Origin: Octopus bimaculoides
Taxonomy: Eukaryota
Direction of reading: 5' to 3'
Assembly: GCF_001194135.2 (NCBI RefSeq)
Contig: NC_068994.1
Coordinates: 19,215,962 to 19,279,961, forward strand
DNA length: 64,000 nucleotides
Part shown: positions 24,626-37,592 of the stretch, piece after piece
How the letters are laid out: the number at the start of each line of letters is the position of its first letter
How positions within the stretch are numbered: the stretch's first letter is position 1
Notes under the pieces: model-generated
Told to the model about the DNA's origin: nothing
The model's input: the letters and a program-made list of their open reading frames with translations, nothing else
The model's database searches: none
Translations under genes and position numbers: made by a program

Positions 24626-24762
24626 GCTTAATATTGAAAAAGTAATGTTCAAAATTATTGAACAGTTTAAACAAAGCAATAAAATATAAAATTAACTTGA
24701 AAAAATTTTATGAAAGATTTTTCAGAAAGAGCTATAGTTATGATTTTAATGACATACTTACA

Positions 24763-24830
<68 letters not shown>
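24763..24830. repeat. (GA)n microsatellite
   Basis: Direct reading of the sequence. Confidence 0.97.
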
Positions 24831-24836
<6 letters not shown>

Positions 24837-25502
24837 AGCTAGCCACTCACTCACTCACATGCATACATACATGCCTATTTACTTGTATATGTACATACAT
24901 ACATTTATACATACATATTTAAGTACATACATACATTTGTGTTTGTAGACAGGTTCAGGGGATGAGGGAGGGGGAGAGAGAGCAGGAGAGAAAGAAAGAA
25001 AGAAAGAAAGAAGGAAGGAAAGAGAAAGAGTTGTAAAGTTAGTGCTGATACTTTTGATTGTAGTTATGTGAAAAAAACTATTCAGTAATACTGTATCCAA
25101 GCATTAAAACAGCTGAGATTCAGATTACATGATTGCTGCTGGAGAAGAAGAAAAGTTTCCAATTAAAATTCTTTACACAAGTTATGCTACATAACCAATT
25201 AGTTGGTTCAAGACATGGAAAACTATAGGATAGAGTAAGATAGGGAATTCTAATAACTTAAGGAAATTAGTATAAGGAATTGATAGAATTACTTCAGACT
25301 TGAGTAATTCCATAAACTCTTTTACTATTTTAAAATTTCTTTATTTATCAGGAGTTTAAATTGAAACCAAGAAATATGAAGCATAATGCATTCATGTCAC
25401 ATGCTACTTATATAAGTCATAAATGACAGAGAATATATATATTGTGTCTTAAATCTATCTATCTATCTATATATATATATATATATACATAGACAATACT
25501 AT

Positions 25503-25883
25503 GCAGTAACAGGCTGGCTTCCCAACCACATGGTTCTGGATTCAGTCCCACTGCGTGGCACCTTGCGCAAGTATCTTCTATCATAGCCTTAAGCTGACCA
25601 AAGACTTATGAATGGATTTGTAGTCAGAAACGGAATGAAGGCCACTGTGTGTGTATGCATGTATGTGTGCCTTTGTATCTGTGTTTGAACCCCACCACCA
25701 CTTGACAACTGGTGTTGGTGTGTTTACATCCCTGTAACCTAGTCATTTGGCAAAAAGTGACTGACAGAATAAGTGCCAGGCTTAAAAATAAAAAAAATAC
25801 TGAAGCTGATTTATTCAACTAGAAATTCTTTAAAGAGGTGCCCCAGTATGGACACAGTCAAATGACTGAAACAAGTAAAAGAA
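25503..25883 (+). mobile_element. SINE family A (head partly deleted)
   Basis: cttcccaaccacatggttctggattcagtccc, core, and tail cagtatggacacagtcaaatgactgaaacaagtaaaaga. Confidence 0.88.
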
Positions 25884-26267
25884 GATATGTATATGCCTTC
25901 TTGATTGTTCATTGGCTGGGAATTTACTGGTGTTCCATCAATAACATCACCTACTCTCAGATATAAGTATATCACTTATCTATCTGGTGCATAGAACAAG
26001 AAATGATTTCTGTATATAATGGGGGGGGGGCATCTACAATAGAGAATGGTAATGTCACAAGCAGATCATCACATCAAACATTATTATGAGAACTGAGACT
26101 CACAGACGTACTCTATCCTTAAAATCACAACAAGTGATAGCTAGTTGGGAGAAAGGCTGAAGCTGGATGTATATGACCAGCAGAGAGAAGAGGTAGATAA
26201 AGAGAACGAAGGGGAAAAAAGAAGATGTGCAGACATACATGTGAGTGGCCTTCTTAAATATAACCAA

Positions 26268-26412
26268 AACAGGAAGGGCATCCAGCTGTAGAAACACTAC
26301 CAAATCAGATTGGAGCCTGGTGTAGCCATCTGGTTTCACCAGTCCTCAGTCAAATCGTCCAACCCATGCTAGCATGGAAAGCGGACGTTAAACGACGACG
26401 ACGACGACGATG
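26268..26412 (+). mobile_element. RTE 3' terminal fragment with (GAC)n variant tail
   Basis: aggaagggcatccagctgtagaaac...gcatggaaagcggacgttaaacgacgacgacgacgacgatg. Confidence 0.88.
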
Positions 26413-27442
26413 GTTGTAAGAAACACTAGTGGGATTTAAAGTTAATTTTTAAAACCTATATCATTTATATTTTTATATAGTCTTTATAATGAAGCTACTT
26501 TCCAGTAAGACAATATATAGTTTGAAATTCCTATATAAGTTTATAATAAAATCATTTCACATAAATTGTTTTTAAAACATGCAATAATGTTTACTGGAAA
26601 TTCGTCCTCAAAACTGTAATATATATTTCTCCAATATTCTGCAGAAAAATAACGCTTACAATTGTACTTTCTAAAATTGTATTTTTCATTTCCTGTCCCA
26701 CCCTTTTCACACTAGCCAAAAAAAACTACATCAAACAAGAATGGTTTTTATGAAAGAAAGTGGTAGAAGGAAGATGATTAGATCTTTATAGAAACCATGT
26801 CACTTAACAGAGGCCTTACTTATATTGAGGAAAAACTAAGAAATCAAAAGACCAAGTGATTTTGGTATTCAATTACGAATACATACTCCCAAATCCACTA
26901 CAAATGTTCTATGTTTCTAAGGGTAGCTTTTAATTGCAAAATGCTTCAGTTCATATGAGGAATAGTTAGAATGTTTCTGGAGATGTAACCTGTGATAGAT
27001 GAGTATGCAAAAACAAAACAAAAAAGCAAAGAAAAAGCACAAAAAAAGAAAAGGAACTGTACTGATGCTGTTTACTGTATTATATATCAGTCTTCTAAGT
27101 TAAATAAGATGTTTCATACTGTCAAATAATGACCAGTCATAACTGTATTCAACTAATATGCAATCATTTTCACATTCACTGCTTTCACTTTGAACTGATT
27201 TCAGCCAGTTTAGTTCATTTTGTCTGATCTTTTAAAACATATTACCATGGTGTTTTGCATCATGCTTGAAGCATGTAACTGTGATTTCATTTACACCAAA
27301 GAAATCACTATTGAATGTTTCAAACATACACACACACAGAGATACAGATTCTAATTTGTAATTATACATACATAATCATTCATGAATACATCAAGCTACA
27401 CTGCACGAGTGAGTGAGTGAATGTGCATATTGTGTTATATTA

Positions 27443-27621
27443 GCTTATGGCTCTATAACTTAAAAACACAAATTCTCATTCAATCACCCAAGTTCAGCAA
27501 CTTCAAACCTGGTTAGTACTTAGAAAGGCAACCACTTGGGGAGACCCGGCTGCTGTAAACCTATACTTTTGGTGGGTGATAGCTAAGCATGTCCACAGCC
27601 CAATGTCTGAAACTAAAAGAG
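27443..27621 (+). mobile_element. 5S rRNA-derived SINE-like element (SINE3-type): full 5S head plus family A tail
   Basis: 27443-27560 aligns end to end with metazoan 5S rRNA (for example cctggttagtacttagaaaggcaaccacttggggagacccggctgctgtaaac). 27586-27613 matches the family A tail at 23/28 nt and is followed by taaaagag. Confidence 0.8.
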
Positions 27622-28559
27622 TATATAATGAATCAGTTCTATGTTGATATAAGACAAGGTCATTATCAACTGTCAAGTCTTGCGTATATGAAAACAATAA
27701 CAAAATTATGAAGTTTTGTCATATACTTGATCTTCTCCCTTCATCATACCATACTACCAGGTTTGCTTATTTATCCTACCCTCTCCCCTTGTCACGCTAT
27801 TTTACTGTTACATAGAGTTTCTCAGTTTGTAAGTGAAAACAGATGTACCCTACTGATATCATATGGTGGCAAATACAAAGAAGCCCAGGTTATTATCTCC
27901 AGGAAGAACAGCATGTTTTCCCTTTCTACTTTTGTAATAACATCTGACCATTTTATACAACATCTACACTGTTCTATAGGCTTTCAAATTGAGTAAACAA
28001 CAGATTACAAAGACACACACACAGGCATACACACATACACAGAAATATGCATTTGACAGGATATCCCAGGTAATAAAACTGCCTTTTTTTTAGTTTAAAG
28101 TTACAAGCTAATAGAATGCAAAATTGAGTCAATGCCAGCTACCAAAATAGGCTAAGGTGTGTGTATATATATCTTGTCTTGTTTTGGTTAGTGCACCTTT
28201 ACTCATTTGATTAGATAGGAAGTGCTGATACTGAGGTGTCTGCAATTGATTTGAAATTGAAAAAACAAAAAAAAAAGATATAGTTTAATCGCTACTAAAA
28301 CTGGTATATAATGAGAATTGACAATATGAGTATTTTCTGAAAGGACCATTGTTCTGTAACTCAAAGACAGGATAAATTGGGAATTGGGCTATGACCCATT
28401 TTAAAATCCAGCTGAAACTATTTCACTTACATAACAAATGTTATTTAATTTCTGAATTAGGATTCATATGACTGCTCCACCCCTCTTTTCTTTTTTCTTT
28501 TCTTTCCGCAGAGTTAAGCAAATGAGAAGCAAATCAGTTCTTTTTGACTGGATAAGAAA

Positions 28560-29480
28560 CTGATTTATTACAAATCCTTTGGCAAGGATTGAACTCAATA
28601 CTGTAATATCAAAATGTTAGTACAGCCACTGCTTATGGTAGTGATGTAGATCACCCTATGGTATCCTGGGGCCAGAAGGATTCAGTTATTGAGGTATAAG
28701 TATCTTGTTGTTGCACTAATATTGTGAGGAAACTCAAGCTCTTTTTCATCCACAAATTGGTTTAATTAACTCAGCCATCATCATCTCTGCATCTGTCAGA
28801 TCATCTGATCACTGCTTGATCAACATAATGCACCTACCTAACATCCAACTATAACCCATATTCTCTGAAACACCTTGAAGATAGCCTATCAAGAAACCAA
28901 GGGATGCTCTAACTTCTCAGACTGCATTCTTCCAAAGAAGGGATATCTGTGGACTGGCTAATTACTAAACCCATACTAGATGTAGATTCTGTTCCTCTGA
29001 ACTTGATAGCTTGCATTACCCTTGTCCATCCATATACATTCAACATACCTGCCTTATCTTTTTCTAGTCCTACTGTCTTACTCATCTCCCAGATTCCACA
29101 CAAAAGAACCTTAATCCTTACTCCTGAGGACCTATAGAGGACAGGAGTACTGCTCTTCCTCCTATGCTTAAGCAATAATATTAACTGTTAACCTCTTGGC
29201 TAGTTATCTACTTACCTATTGCTTTAACTATCCACACTAATGCTTTTAACGATTATGAGATATCATGATTGTCTGAATCTGCAAGTATTAAGTGATCTTA
29301 TTTGAATCCTTTCATTTCTTTTTAATGATTGCATTTTTTACTTCTTGTTGAGCTCACTCCCATTCCTGTTTCAGCCATAAATAAACAACAATCAGAGTCC
29401 TCCCTCACATAATCAGTCAAGTGTTCAAGTGCAGTATTAACCACCCAGTTAAAATTTCTGAGGCCAGTTAATAAGATTGT
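28560..29480 (-). mobile_element. Possible heavily decayed LINE apurinic endonuclease region
   Basis: Broken frames include NWVVN...DYVREDSDCCLFMAET, resembling the APE N-terminal W(N)V.. and LQET motifs; many stops. Confidence 0.3.
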
Positions 29481-30631
29481 AATTTTTCAAACTTTTAGCA
29501 TCATCTTTAGAGATAAAATATTTTTTCAGAATATTTACATCTACTCTACACTTTGATTTATTTGATTTTTGATTGTCATCAAATGCTTTTATTCTTCACA
29601 TGTAGACATAGTAACAAACTAGACTAAAAATTAGAACCTTTATTTCTAAGCTAAGAGTAATTATATTCTCATCTACAAAACCACTGATGTACATATATGT
29701 GTGGCCTAATTTTGTGTGAAGAGAGAGGTGCAGTCACTCAAATGGATCACAATATAATATCAATGTTCATTTTACTTTTCAACAAAGAAGTGAAAGTAAA
29801 GGTGAAATCTACTGGAAGATTTTCATTCAGAATAAGTTAAATACTTGTTGAGACTATTTTGGCATTCCATCTGGATAATATCAAATCTCATTGCTTCTAA
29901 TCTGGATAATATTGCATCTAGTGGAATGTAAAAAAAAAATCTTAAAAAAAAAAAATTATGTTAACTTACTTTTTTCAGCCATCATACCACCCCAAGAAAA
30001 TTTATGCCCAGAGAGAATTTTTTTAATTTTTATTCAAGTTGAAATATTCTATGAATAAGGAGGAGGAGCAAGCAAACATTTTTGTTTCCCAACTAAATCT
30101 CATCTGGAAAAGAAGTCTTGGATTACATCTTATTTCTCACATCAGAAGCAAATTCTGATTTATGAGACATATGTCATTCTATCCCTAACCTAAATATTTA
30201 CTTTCCAATCTACTTCCTTCGTTTCTTTCTCCATACAGTGTTTGGTTCTTACAAAGAAATTATAAAAATAAGTAGAATGCATGTACTATTATTTGTTGAC
30301 ATGAATACATTTTCTCTTTAAAGAAATTTGCTTAGCTTCCCTCACAAGTAGTTTGACCAAGTTGCTATATGAATCAATTAAACAGAGCCATAACCAGGAT
30401 AGAAGACATTGTAGTTCAGACCAACTAATTTTAAATAGGTATCATATATAGGTGTATTATTCTTAGCAGTGTATTATTCTTAGCAGTAAGAGCACTATAT
30501 AATGAATAAATTATTTTATACAGAATGATATCATTTTAATAGAAAATAAGTATTTTTTTAGCTTATATTAGTGAATTCAAATCCAGCGAGCTCTACTTGA
30601 GGACGATGACATGAATACAGTAAATCAAACA

Positions 30632-30852
30632 AAGGCAGCAAGCTGATAGAATTGTTAGTAAGCCAGGCAAAATGCTTAGTAGCATTTAATCTGTCTTTGT
30701 GTCCTGAGTTCAAATTCCACAGATGTTGACATTATCTTTGATCCTTTCAGGGGTCGATAAAGTAAGTGCCAGTTGAACACTGGAGTTGATTTAATTGATT
30801 AAGCCTCCCCCCCCATACCTACTGGCCTTGTGCCAAAATTTGAAATCAATAT
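30632..30852 (+). mobile_element. SINE family B with 13-bp TSD
   Basis: agtaaatcaaaca at 30619-30631 and 30853-30865. Confidence 0.92.
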
Positions 30853-31539
30853 AGTAAATCAAACATCTACACGCAATTCATAGGTTTTGTCCCAAAAATA
30901 CGCTATGTTTCAACCAGTATTTTCACTTCACCAGGGAATGGTTGACAATGTGTGGAGCAGTATGGTATTTAGAGAAAAATTTTATCAGTTTTTCAATTGT
31001 GAACATTAGAAGATTGATCTCAAACAATGTATTGTTGTTTGATTAACTCTATGGGTTCCATAGGAGGTGATTGTTGCTATTATAAAGTATATCCATGTTT
31101 TTTGTCTTTGCCAGGAACATGAAAAAGACAGTGATTTTATAAAGTTAATATAAAAAGTTATTGACACTAAAATGATCATTTCTCTGATTATTAACCCCAT
31201 TTTATAATGTATATTTACAATATATTTCAATCATGTCATGAGTAAGTCAATCTAGTGGAGTCTATCCTTCACCAGGGAATTGACTCTAACCAGAAATCAC
31301 ATGTATTAGAGAAAATGAAATGAATTAGCTGGAATGGGAACACACTGGTGTCATACACTTCGCTTCCAGGTACTTATTCTACTGTCATAGACTGTATTCA
31401 TATATGTATACAAATGTTGAGTAAAACCTTGTAAGTGGATTTGGCAGACAGAAACTGAAAGAAACCTGCTGTGTATGCATGTGTGTATATATGTGTGTGT
31501 GTGTTACTGTTTCCGTGTCTTGATGTTTGTAACTGTCAT

Positions 31540-31722
31540 GACAGTGATGTCCTGTGTTTTCAATGTCTCTGATCATGAGGAGATGTTAACTTACTTGGAA
31601 GCAGGTGAGATAGTTGACAACAGGAAGAGAATCTACACATCGAAAATCAATCTGACTCAACACACTTCATCGACCCATGCAAACATGGAAAAGAGAGAGT
31701 GTTAAAATGATGATGATAATGA
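31540..31722 (+). mobile_element. Second RTE-tailed retroposon family, 3' part with (GAT)n tail
   Basis: gacaggaag...cccatgcaaacatggaaaagag...ttaaaatgatgatgat; related pieces lie at about 12200-12365 (-) and 56880-57040 (+). Confidence 0.6.
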
Positions 31723-32789
31723 TATGTATAATACTTATATTTCGAAAGAGAGATGTGTATATGTGTGTATTAACACAACCGTCATAAATATGTATACATT
31801 GTGCTTTTAACACAGCTAAGAAAAAGAAACTGACTTGCAAGAATGATTCTTTAATTTTTCAGTCATTCTACTTTGACTAGGTACAATAATTCAGAATGAT
31901 GAAAAGCAAAGATGACCTGGGAAAGACTTCAACTCAAAACATAAAACAGCACAATGAATTGTGTGCAACAAAACCTCACAAAGTATTTTGTCTCAAAGGA
32001 ATTAGCAGTTCTACCATCTAGAATTAATGTAAATTGTTAAACATTTTTAATTTATAATAAAATAACAACCAAGTACTTAAAAAGATATTTTGATACATTA
32101 CCATACAACCAGAAGAAATTATGGGAATGCTTACCTAAAAGTAGAGAGAAAAAAAAATCAATTTTATAACAGTAATAATTATTGAATGCAAATAAGGTAT
32201 TAAACATACTTTTAAAAATCTGTTTAATCTATTACATTACTAAACTAGCTGTGTAATTTTCATTTAGCTGTATATAATCACTCTGATGTATAAACAATCT
32301 ATAGCACTTGCTGCACTGCATATAGCTTTAGAAATACTTTTATGCTACATAAATTCTCAGTATTAATCTAACCATATAATCTTAAACAAAGCCTTTTAAT
32401 CAGTCATATGTAAACACATCTATCTAATTAACATTTTAAAATGTCTTGTTATTTATTTATCTTTCTCTTTACTATTATTTACAAATACATTTGCAAACAT
32501 TGATTTGTAAAAAATTAAGAAAACATGGAAAATAACAACAACAATAATAAAAATCCTTTTTATATTAGCTATGATAGCCCATACATACATACATACAATA
32601 CAAAACATATTACAAAAGGAGTGAAAAGTTGTTTAGCAGGGGTTGGGGTAAGAGCATGTAATAACTTAGAAGAATTATAACATAAATACTAATTTTGTTG
32701 TGTCTGGAGAGAGTCATTTTGTCTTTATGCTTTATTAACTAACACACTCACCGGTTTGATTTCCACTAAATTTATTCATATAATAATAA

Positions 32790-33020
32790 TAATAATGGAC
32801 TCTCCCACTTAAGACAATGTATGAGTGTTCAGCTTTTTTGCTGAACAACCTGCACAAATGATTTGTTTATAGTGATCAAATGTATGTGCTGTACATTAGC
32901 TCACTCCCACTATCAAATTGCCTTTGCCTGTCAGGTATTGAAGTGATCATAGAGCAATGTGAGATGAAGTGTTTTGCTCAAAAACACACCACACCAACTA
33001 GTCTAGGAAGTGAAACCACA
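32790..33020 (-). mobile_element. Partial SINE family C
   Basis: gcaatgtgagatgaagtgttttgctcaaaaacac matches 15387-15420. Confidence 0.6.
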
Positions 33021-33129
33021 GCCAAATATTTTAGTCCTGTACATGAAACATAGAAAATGTGACATTATTGACATAGCAGTTCCCTGAGACAAAAATATAA
33101 AAAGTAAAGAGGAAGAAAAAGTAATCAAT

Positions 33130-33425
33130 TACTGTGGATTAAAAAGAGAACTTAAAAAGATGTGAATCTTAAATGAAGCACATGCAACTCCAAAAGTAGT
33201 TGGCATGGTCGGAATGATAACCATCACTCTTAAATCATGGCTGGATAAGATACAATTCAAATGTAGTATGGAACTACTGTAGCTGGTATTGTTTGGAATA
33301 ACCAAAGATTTTAAGAAGAATCCTTGGGATCTGAATCTGCTGGGCATAGCTTGCTCTCAAGGACACTGTATTCCAGTTCAACTCTTTCACACAGAGATCT
33401 CAAATCTACTATTAATAACAACAAC
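33130..33425 (+). mobile_element. R4/Dong-like (RLE-type) LINE 3' end, decayed
   Basis: LKRELKKM*...PKVVGMVGMITITLKSWLDKIQFKCSMELL*LVLFG resembles ELKRLW...PIVVGALG......WL.KI......LLQK..LLG; ends in an AAT/AAC simple-repeat tail. Confidence 0.6.
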
Positions 33426-34932
33426 AATAAGAAGAGGGAAAGGATGTTGAAATGATGATGGTGGTGGTGATGATGATAAGAGAGAAGGAGTGTAGGTGAG
33501 ATCAAAGGGTAACTTCCATTTTTGTAATAATTGTGAGAGCATATTACATAGTAGCTTTTCTGGTTCTAACTAGTCAACTTCCCTGACTCCAATGTTTTAA
33601 ACAAAAATCAGAGACTCCAGTTAAAGTTCCATAAGCCACAATCTAAAAAAAACAACCATTTCTTGTTGTTCTGTTCAGAGACCATTAAAATATATAAAAT
33701 AAGTCTCTTTAATATACAAATCGAAAAACGAAAAAAATAACTACAAAAGATAAAAAAGAAAAAACGTGACACATTCATGAGTCAACTTGTTTGAGTGTCA
33801 AGGTGTTAAGATTCCTTTTAACCTCCTAATAACATTGACAGTTAGTCACAGAGCATCTGTAAAACAGCTCATAGTGCATGATGTAACAGGCACGAAAGCT
33901 TGCTGCTGTTTTTAATTATAAATCATCATTATTTCAATGTTAACCAATAAAAGATTGAAATGGGAGTTCATTCATCGTTGTGTTCCCACCAAGCAATTAT
34001 TTTGATCTTATCTGTAGCTGCATTTAGTTCTATTTACATCATGCTACTACCATTACCACTACCACTACTACTATTACAACAACAACCAGTCTCTGCACAA
34101 AACCATAACCAAAGTAACAAAAATGTTTGCAAATTATAAGTTGTTTATAAACCTCATTTGTAAAAGGAAATATATTTAATTTATAATTCTATTAAAATAG
34201 CTTTCGTCATCCTTTGATAAATTATTTACCATTATAGAAACTTGGCCATTTTGCTTGTTTTTACATAAATCTTTCTATACACATACATAACAATTGATGT
34301 TCACAAATTTGGAAATTTGCTTATTACTGAAGCATTTTGATTATAAGTTTCTAGTAACATTACTCCCTCACAATGTAGTATTGACTTGGATATACCTCAA
34401 GATTTGGCTGTCTCTCAAACTCATTCTTCTGTAAATTAATGACCTACTAGTTTATTACTTCTAACAACACATTCACTCTTACACAGATGATATTATCTCT
34501 CATTCATAACTTTCATCACATGAACATTTACAATGTGTAACCAACATGCCAATTACCAAACATGCACTGCAAACAAGATTTCTTTGATAATATCTTCTAA
34601 TGGAACAAGACAACAGTGACAAAAAAGTGAATTGCTATACACAGCCATGAACCAAGCACAGTATAAACACCTCGTGCATGTCTTGCATTGGCCCCACCTA
34701 GTAAACCTCTTTCAATAGGGTTCATGACAACCTCTACTATTTTAATAATATAAAAATACAATGAAGACATATCTTAAAGAAAACAAGTTTACTACCAGAA
34801 CCACTTTATGCATTTTGAACAACACACAACTACAACTTCCAAATTCGTAATAATTGCAGGATCTCACAATCTCTAATGTCTTGGCAAATCACACATACAC
34901 ATGTACAGTAAATCACACATACACACATACAA

Positions 34933-35165
34933 AGGCAGCGAGCTGGCAGAGACGTTAGCACGCCGGGCGAAATGCTTAGCGGTATTTCGTCTGCCGCTAC
35001 ATTCTGAGTTCAAATTCCGCCAAGGTCGACTTTGCCTTTCATCCTTTCGGGGTCGATTAAATAAGTACCAGTTACGCTCTGGTGTCAATATAATGGACTT
35101 AATCCGTTTGTCTGTCCTTCTTTGTCCCCTCTGTGTGTAGCCCCTTGTGGGTAGTAAAGAAATAA
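34933..35165 (+). mobile_element. Young, CpG-retaining SINE family B copy with a distinct 3' tail
   Basis: ggcagcgagctggcagagacgttagcacgccgggcgaaatg...gtcgactttgcctttcatcctttcggggtcgat; tail ...tagccccttgtgggtagtaaagaaataa; catacacatgtaca occurs on both sides. Confidence 0.93.
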
Positions 35166-35174
35166 CGCATACAC

Positions 35175-35350
35175 ATGTACAACATTACTGAAACTATATC
35201 TCGAATACAAGGCTTTCTCTTCAATATCACAAAATGCTTCAGCCTTGTTGATCCTCTACAAAACTCATGTGTGCTCTCCATTGATGTACTCTTCCAGAAT
35301 GATGTTGTATACACAAACAACCTTGGTCACATCCAAGACCATTCAACTGG
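35175..35350 (+). mobile_element. Possible decayed Penelope-like RT fragment
   Basis: IQGFLFNITKCFSLVDPLQNSCVLSIDV....YTN resembles the Penelope RT stretch D...F...L.....P....LVSLDV.SLYTN. Confidence 0.3.
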
Positions 35351-36200
35351 TAAGCAAAGCTGTGTCTGTTTAGATATTACTACCACTAGCTCATTTTCTC
35401 TCTGTTTCTTCTAGTGTAACTAAAGCAGCTTCTACTCTCTGTGTATCACCTCTGCTCCTCCTCACCTGATATTCATACCTCTCCACTTGTCATCCCTAGC
35501 GTCTCCTATATTCAACCCCTGCATTAAACACTTGTCAAAGCTTTCTTTCTTAGATTACAGTCCTCTGGAAATCCTTCCCTGTCTGTCTTTCTAACATACA
35601 TCAACCTAGAGAAATTCCAACAAAACACCAACTAGATCACTTGTACCAGTCTGAAAGGAACCACAAATATCATGAGAGCTGCCAATTCTACTCTGACTAA
35701 TTACTTAAAAAATACTTATTTCTTTCAGTTGGATGCCCTTCCTATCATTAAATTTTCAATAAAAGTATTTGTCTGCAAGGCATAGAGAAGAAAATAAGAA
35801 ATCAAGGACTGACTGCTTGCAAACAACTTGCAGATGCACATGCTACCAGTTGAAAGCTTTGCATACTGGATGCTAGCAAGCTTATGGGTTCATCACGAAA
35901 GAATGTATTCCATTTGGGGGTCTTCTTCTCAATAGCATGATTGTACACCAGACTCTGCTCACTGAGATGAGGCCCCACTTAGTTACTATGATCCTAATAT
36001 CAACAGTGCAGGATTTTAACATCATACCACTTAAGTTCACAATTGAAATAAGAATATCAAAATTTAAATTGTAAAGCTTTTGAAACACATTCAAAGGTTT
36101 TATCCATTGAGTTATAAATCTAACTGTAAATCTCTCTGGAAGACAATTCTCAAAAGATGTTTATACAAGATATAGACTTTTCCTTTTCTTTTCTTTTATT

Positions 36201-36573
36201 CTTTTACTTGTTTCAGTCATTTGACTGTGGCCATGCTGGAGTTGAACAAATCGACTCCAGGATTTATTCTTTGCAAGCCTAGTACTTATTCTATCAGTCA
36301 CTTTTGCTGAACCGCTAAGTTACAAGGATGTAAACACAACATTGGTTGTCAAGCAATAGTGATGGGAGAAACACATATATGCAAATACATACATATATAC
36401 ATACATATATATACAATGGGCTTCTTTCAGTTTCCATCTACCAAATTCACTCACAAGGCTTTGGTTGGCCTGAGACTATAGTAGAAAATACTTGCCCAAG
36501 GTGCCACGCAGTAGGTCTGAACCCAGAACCATGTGGTTGGGAAAGAAGCTTCTTACCGCACAGCCACTCCTGC
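36201..36573 (-). mobile_element. Full-length SINE family A
   Basis: Collinear with 7549-7942. Confidence 0.9.
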
Positions 36574-36993
36574 ATCTGTGAATGGGATTAACACTTAATA
36601 TTTTCTGTGATCATATGTAAGAGAAATAGTTTAGAAACCAGGAACTCCATTTCCACAACAACTTTTGAACAACACAAGATAGGACCTTGACATAGCAAAA
36701 CAATTTAATTTACTTTTGTTTGTCATGTCGCTTCCTTGTGCACACTTTTTTTTTTTTGATTTTTGGCTTCATTTTACTTGAATGCTACTTTAGCCAGTGT
36801 GTTTATTACCAGCTATAACAAGTAAGTACTTTTTACGAATAAAGTACTTAATAGTATCAATCCTTAATTCATAGATTTTCTAAATAAACACTTAGTGAAG
36901 AAAATAAACAATTCACTTAAGGCTATCCTACAAAATCATTCTGAAAATGGAAGGGGATGGTTTAAAAGAGATCAGCCAAAAAGAAAATCAAAA

Positions 36994-37283
36994 NNNNNNN
37001 NNNNNNNNNNNNNNNNNNNNNNNNNNNNNNNNNNNNNNNNNNNNNNNNNNNNNNNNNNNNNNNNNNNNNNNNNNNNNNNNNNNNNNNNNNNNNNNNNNNN
37101 NNNNNNNNNNNNNNNNNNNNNNNNNNNNNNNNNNNNNNNNNNNNNNNNNNNNNNNNNNNNNNNNNNNNNNNNNNNNNNNNNNNNNNNNNNNNNNNNNNNN
37201 NNNNNNNNNNNNNNNNNNNNNNNNNNNNNNNNNNNNNNNNNNNNNNNNNNNNNNNNNNNNNNNNNNNNNNNNNNNNNNNNNNN
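36994..37283. other. Assembly gap (290 N)
   Basis: N run. Confidence 0.99.
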
Positions 37284-37592
37284 TTCTTTGGAAGCCTAGT
37301 ACTTATTCTATCGATCTCTTTTGCCGAACCGCTAAGTTACGAGGATGTAAACACACCACCATCGGTTGTCAAGCGATGGTGGGAGGGACAAACACAGACA
37401 CACAAACACACATACATATATATACATATATACGACGAGCTTCTTTCAGTTTCTGTCTACGAAATCCACTCACAAGGCTTTGGTCGGCCCAAGGCTATAG
37501 TAGAAGACACTTGCCCAAGGTGCCACACAGTGGGACTGAACCCGGAACCATGTGGTTGGTAAGCAAGCTACTTACCACACAGCCACTCCTGC
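37284..37592 (-). mobile_element. SINE family A (3' end lost in gap), young
   Basis: Near-identical to 7635-7942. Confidence 0.92.

Noticed and set aside
27443-27560. Functional 5S rRNA gene
   Set aside because: Many substitutions including the C box region, no 5S array context, and fusion to a retroposon tail.
30221-30280. Strong plus-strand acceptors here and near 5385, 40788 and 55518
   Set aside because: No good donor or coherent reading frame follows any of them.
35885-36060. Helitron/PIF1 helicase remnant (CIPFGG)
   Set aside because: Only one short motif matches; the GDFRQ motif and helitron termini are missing.
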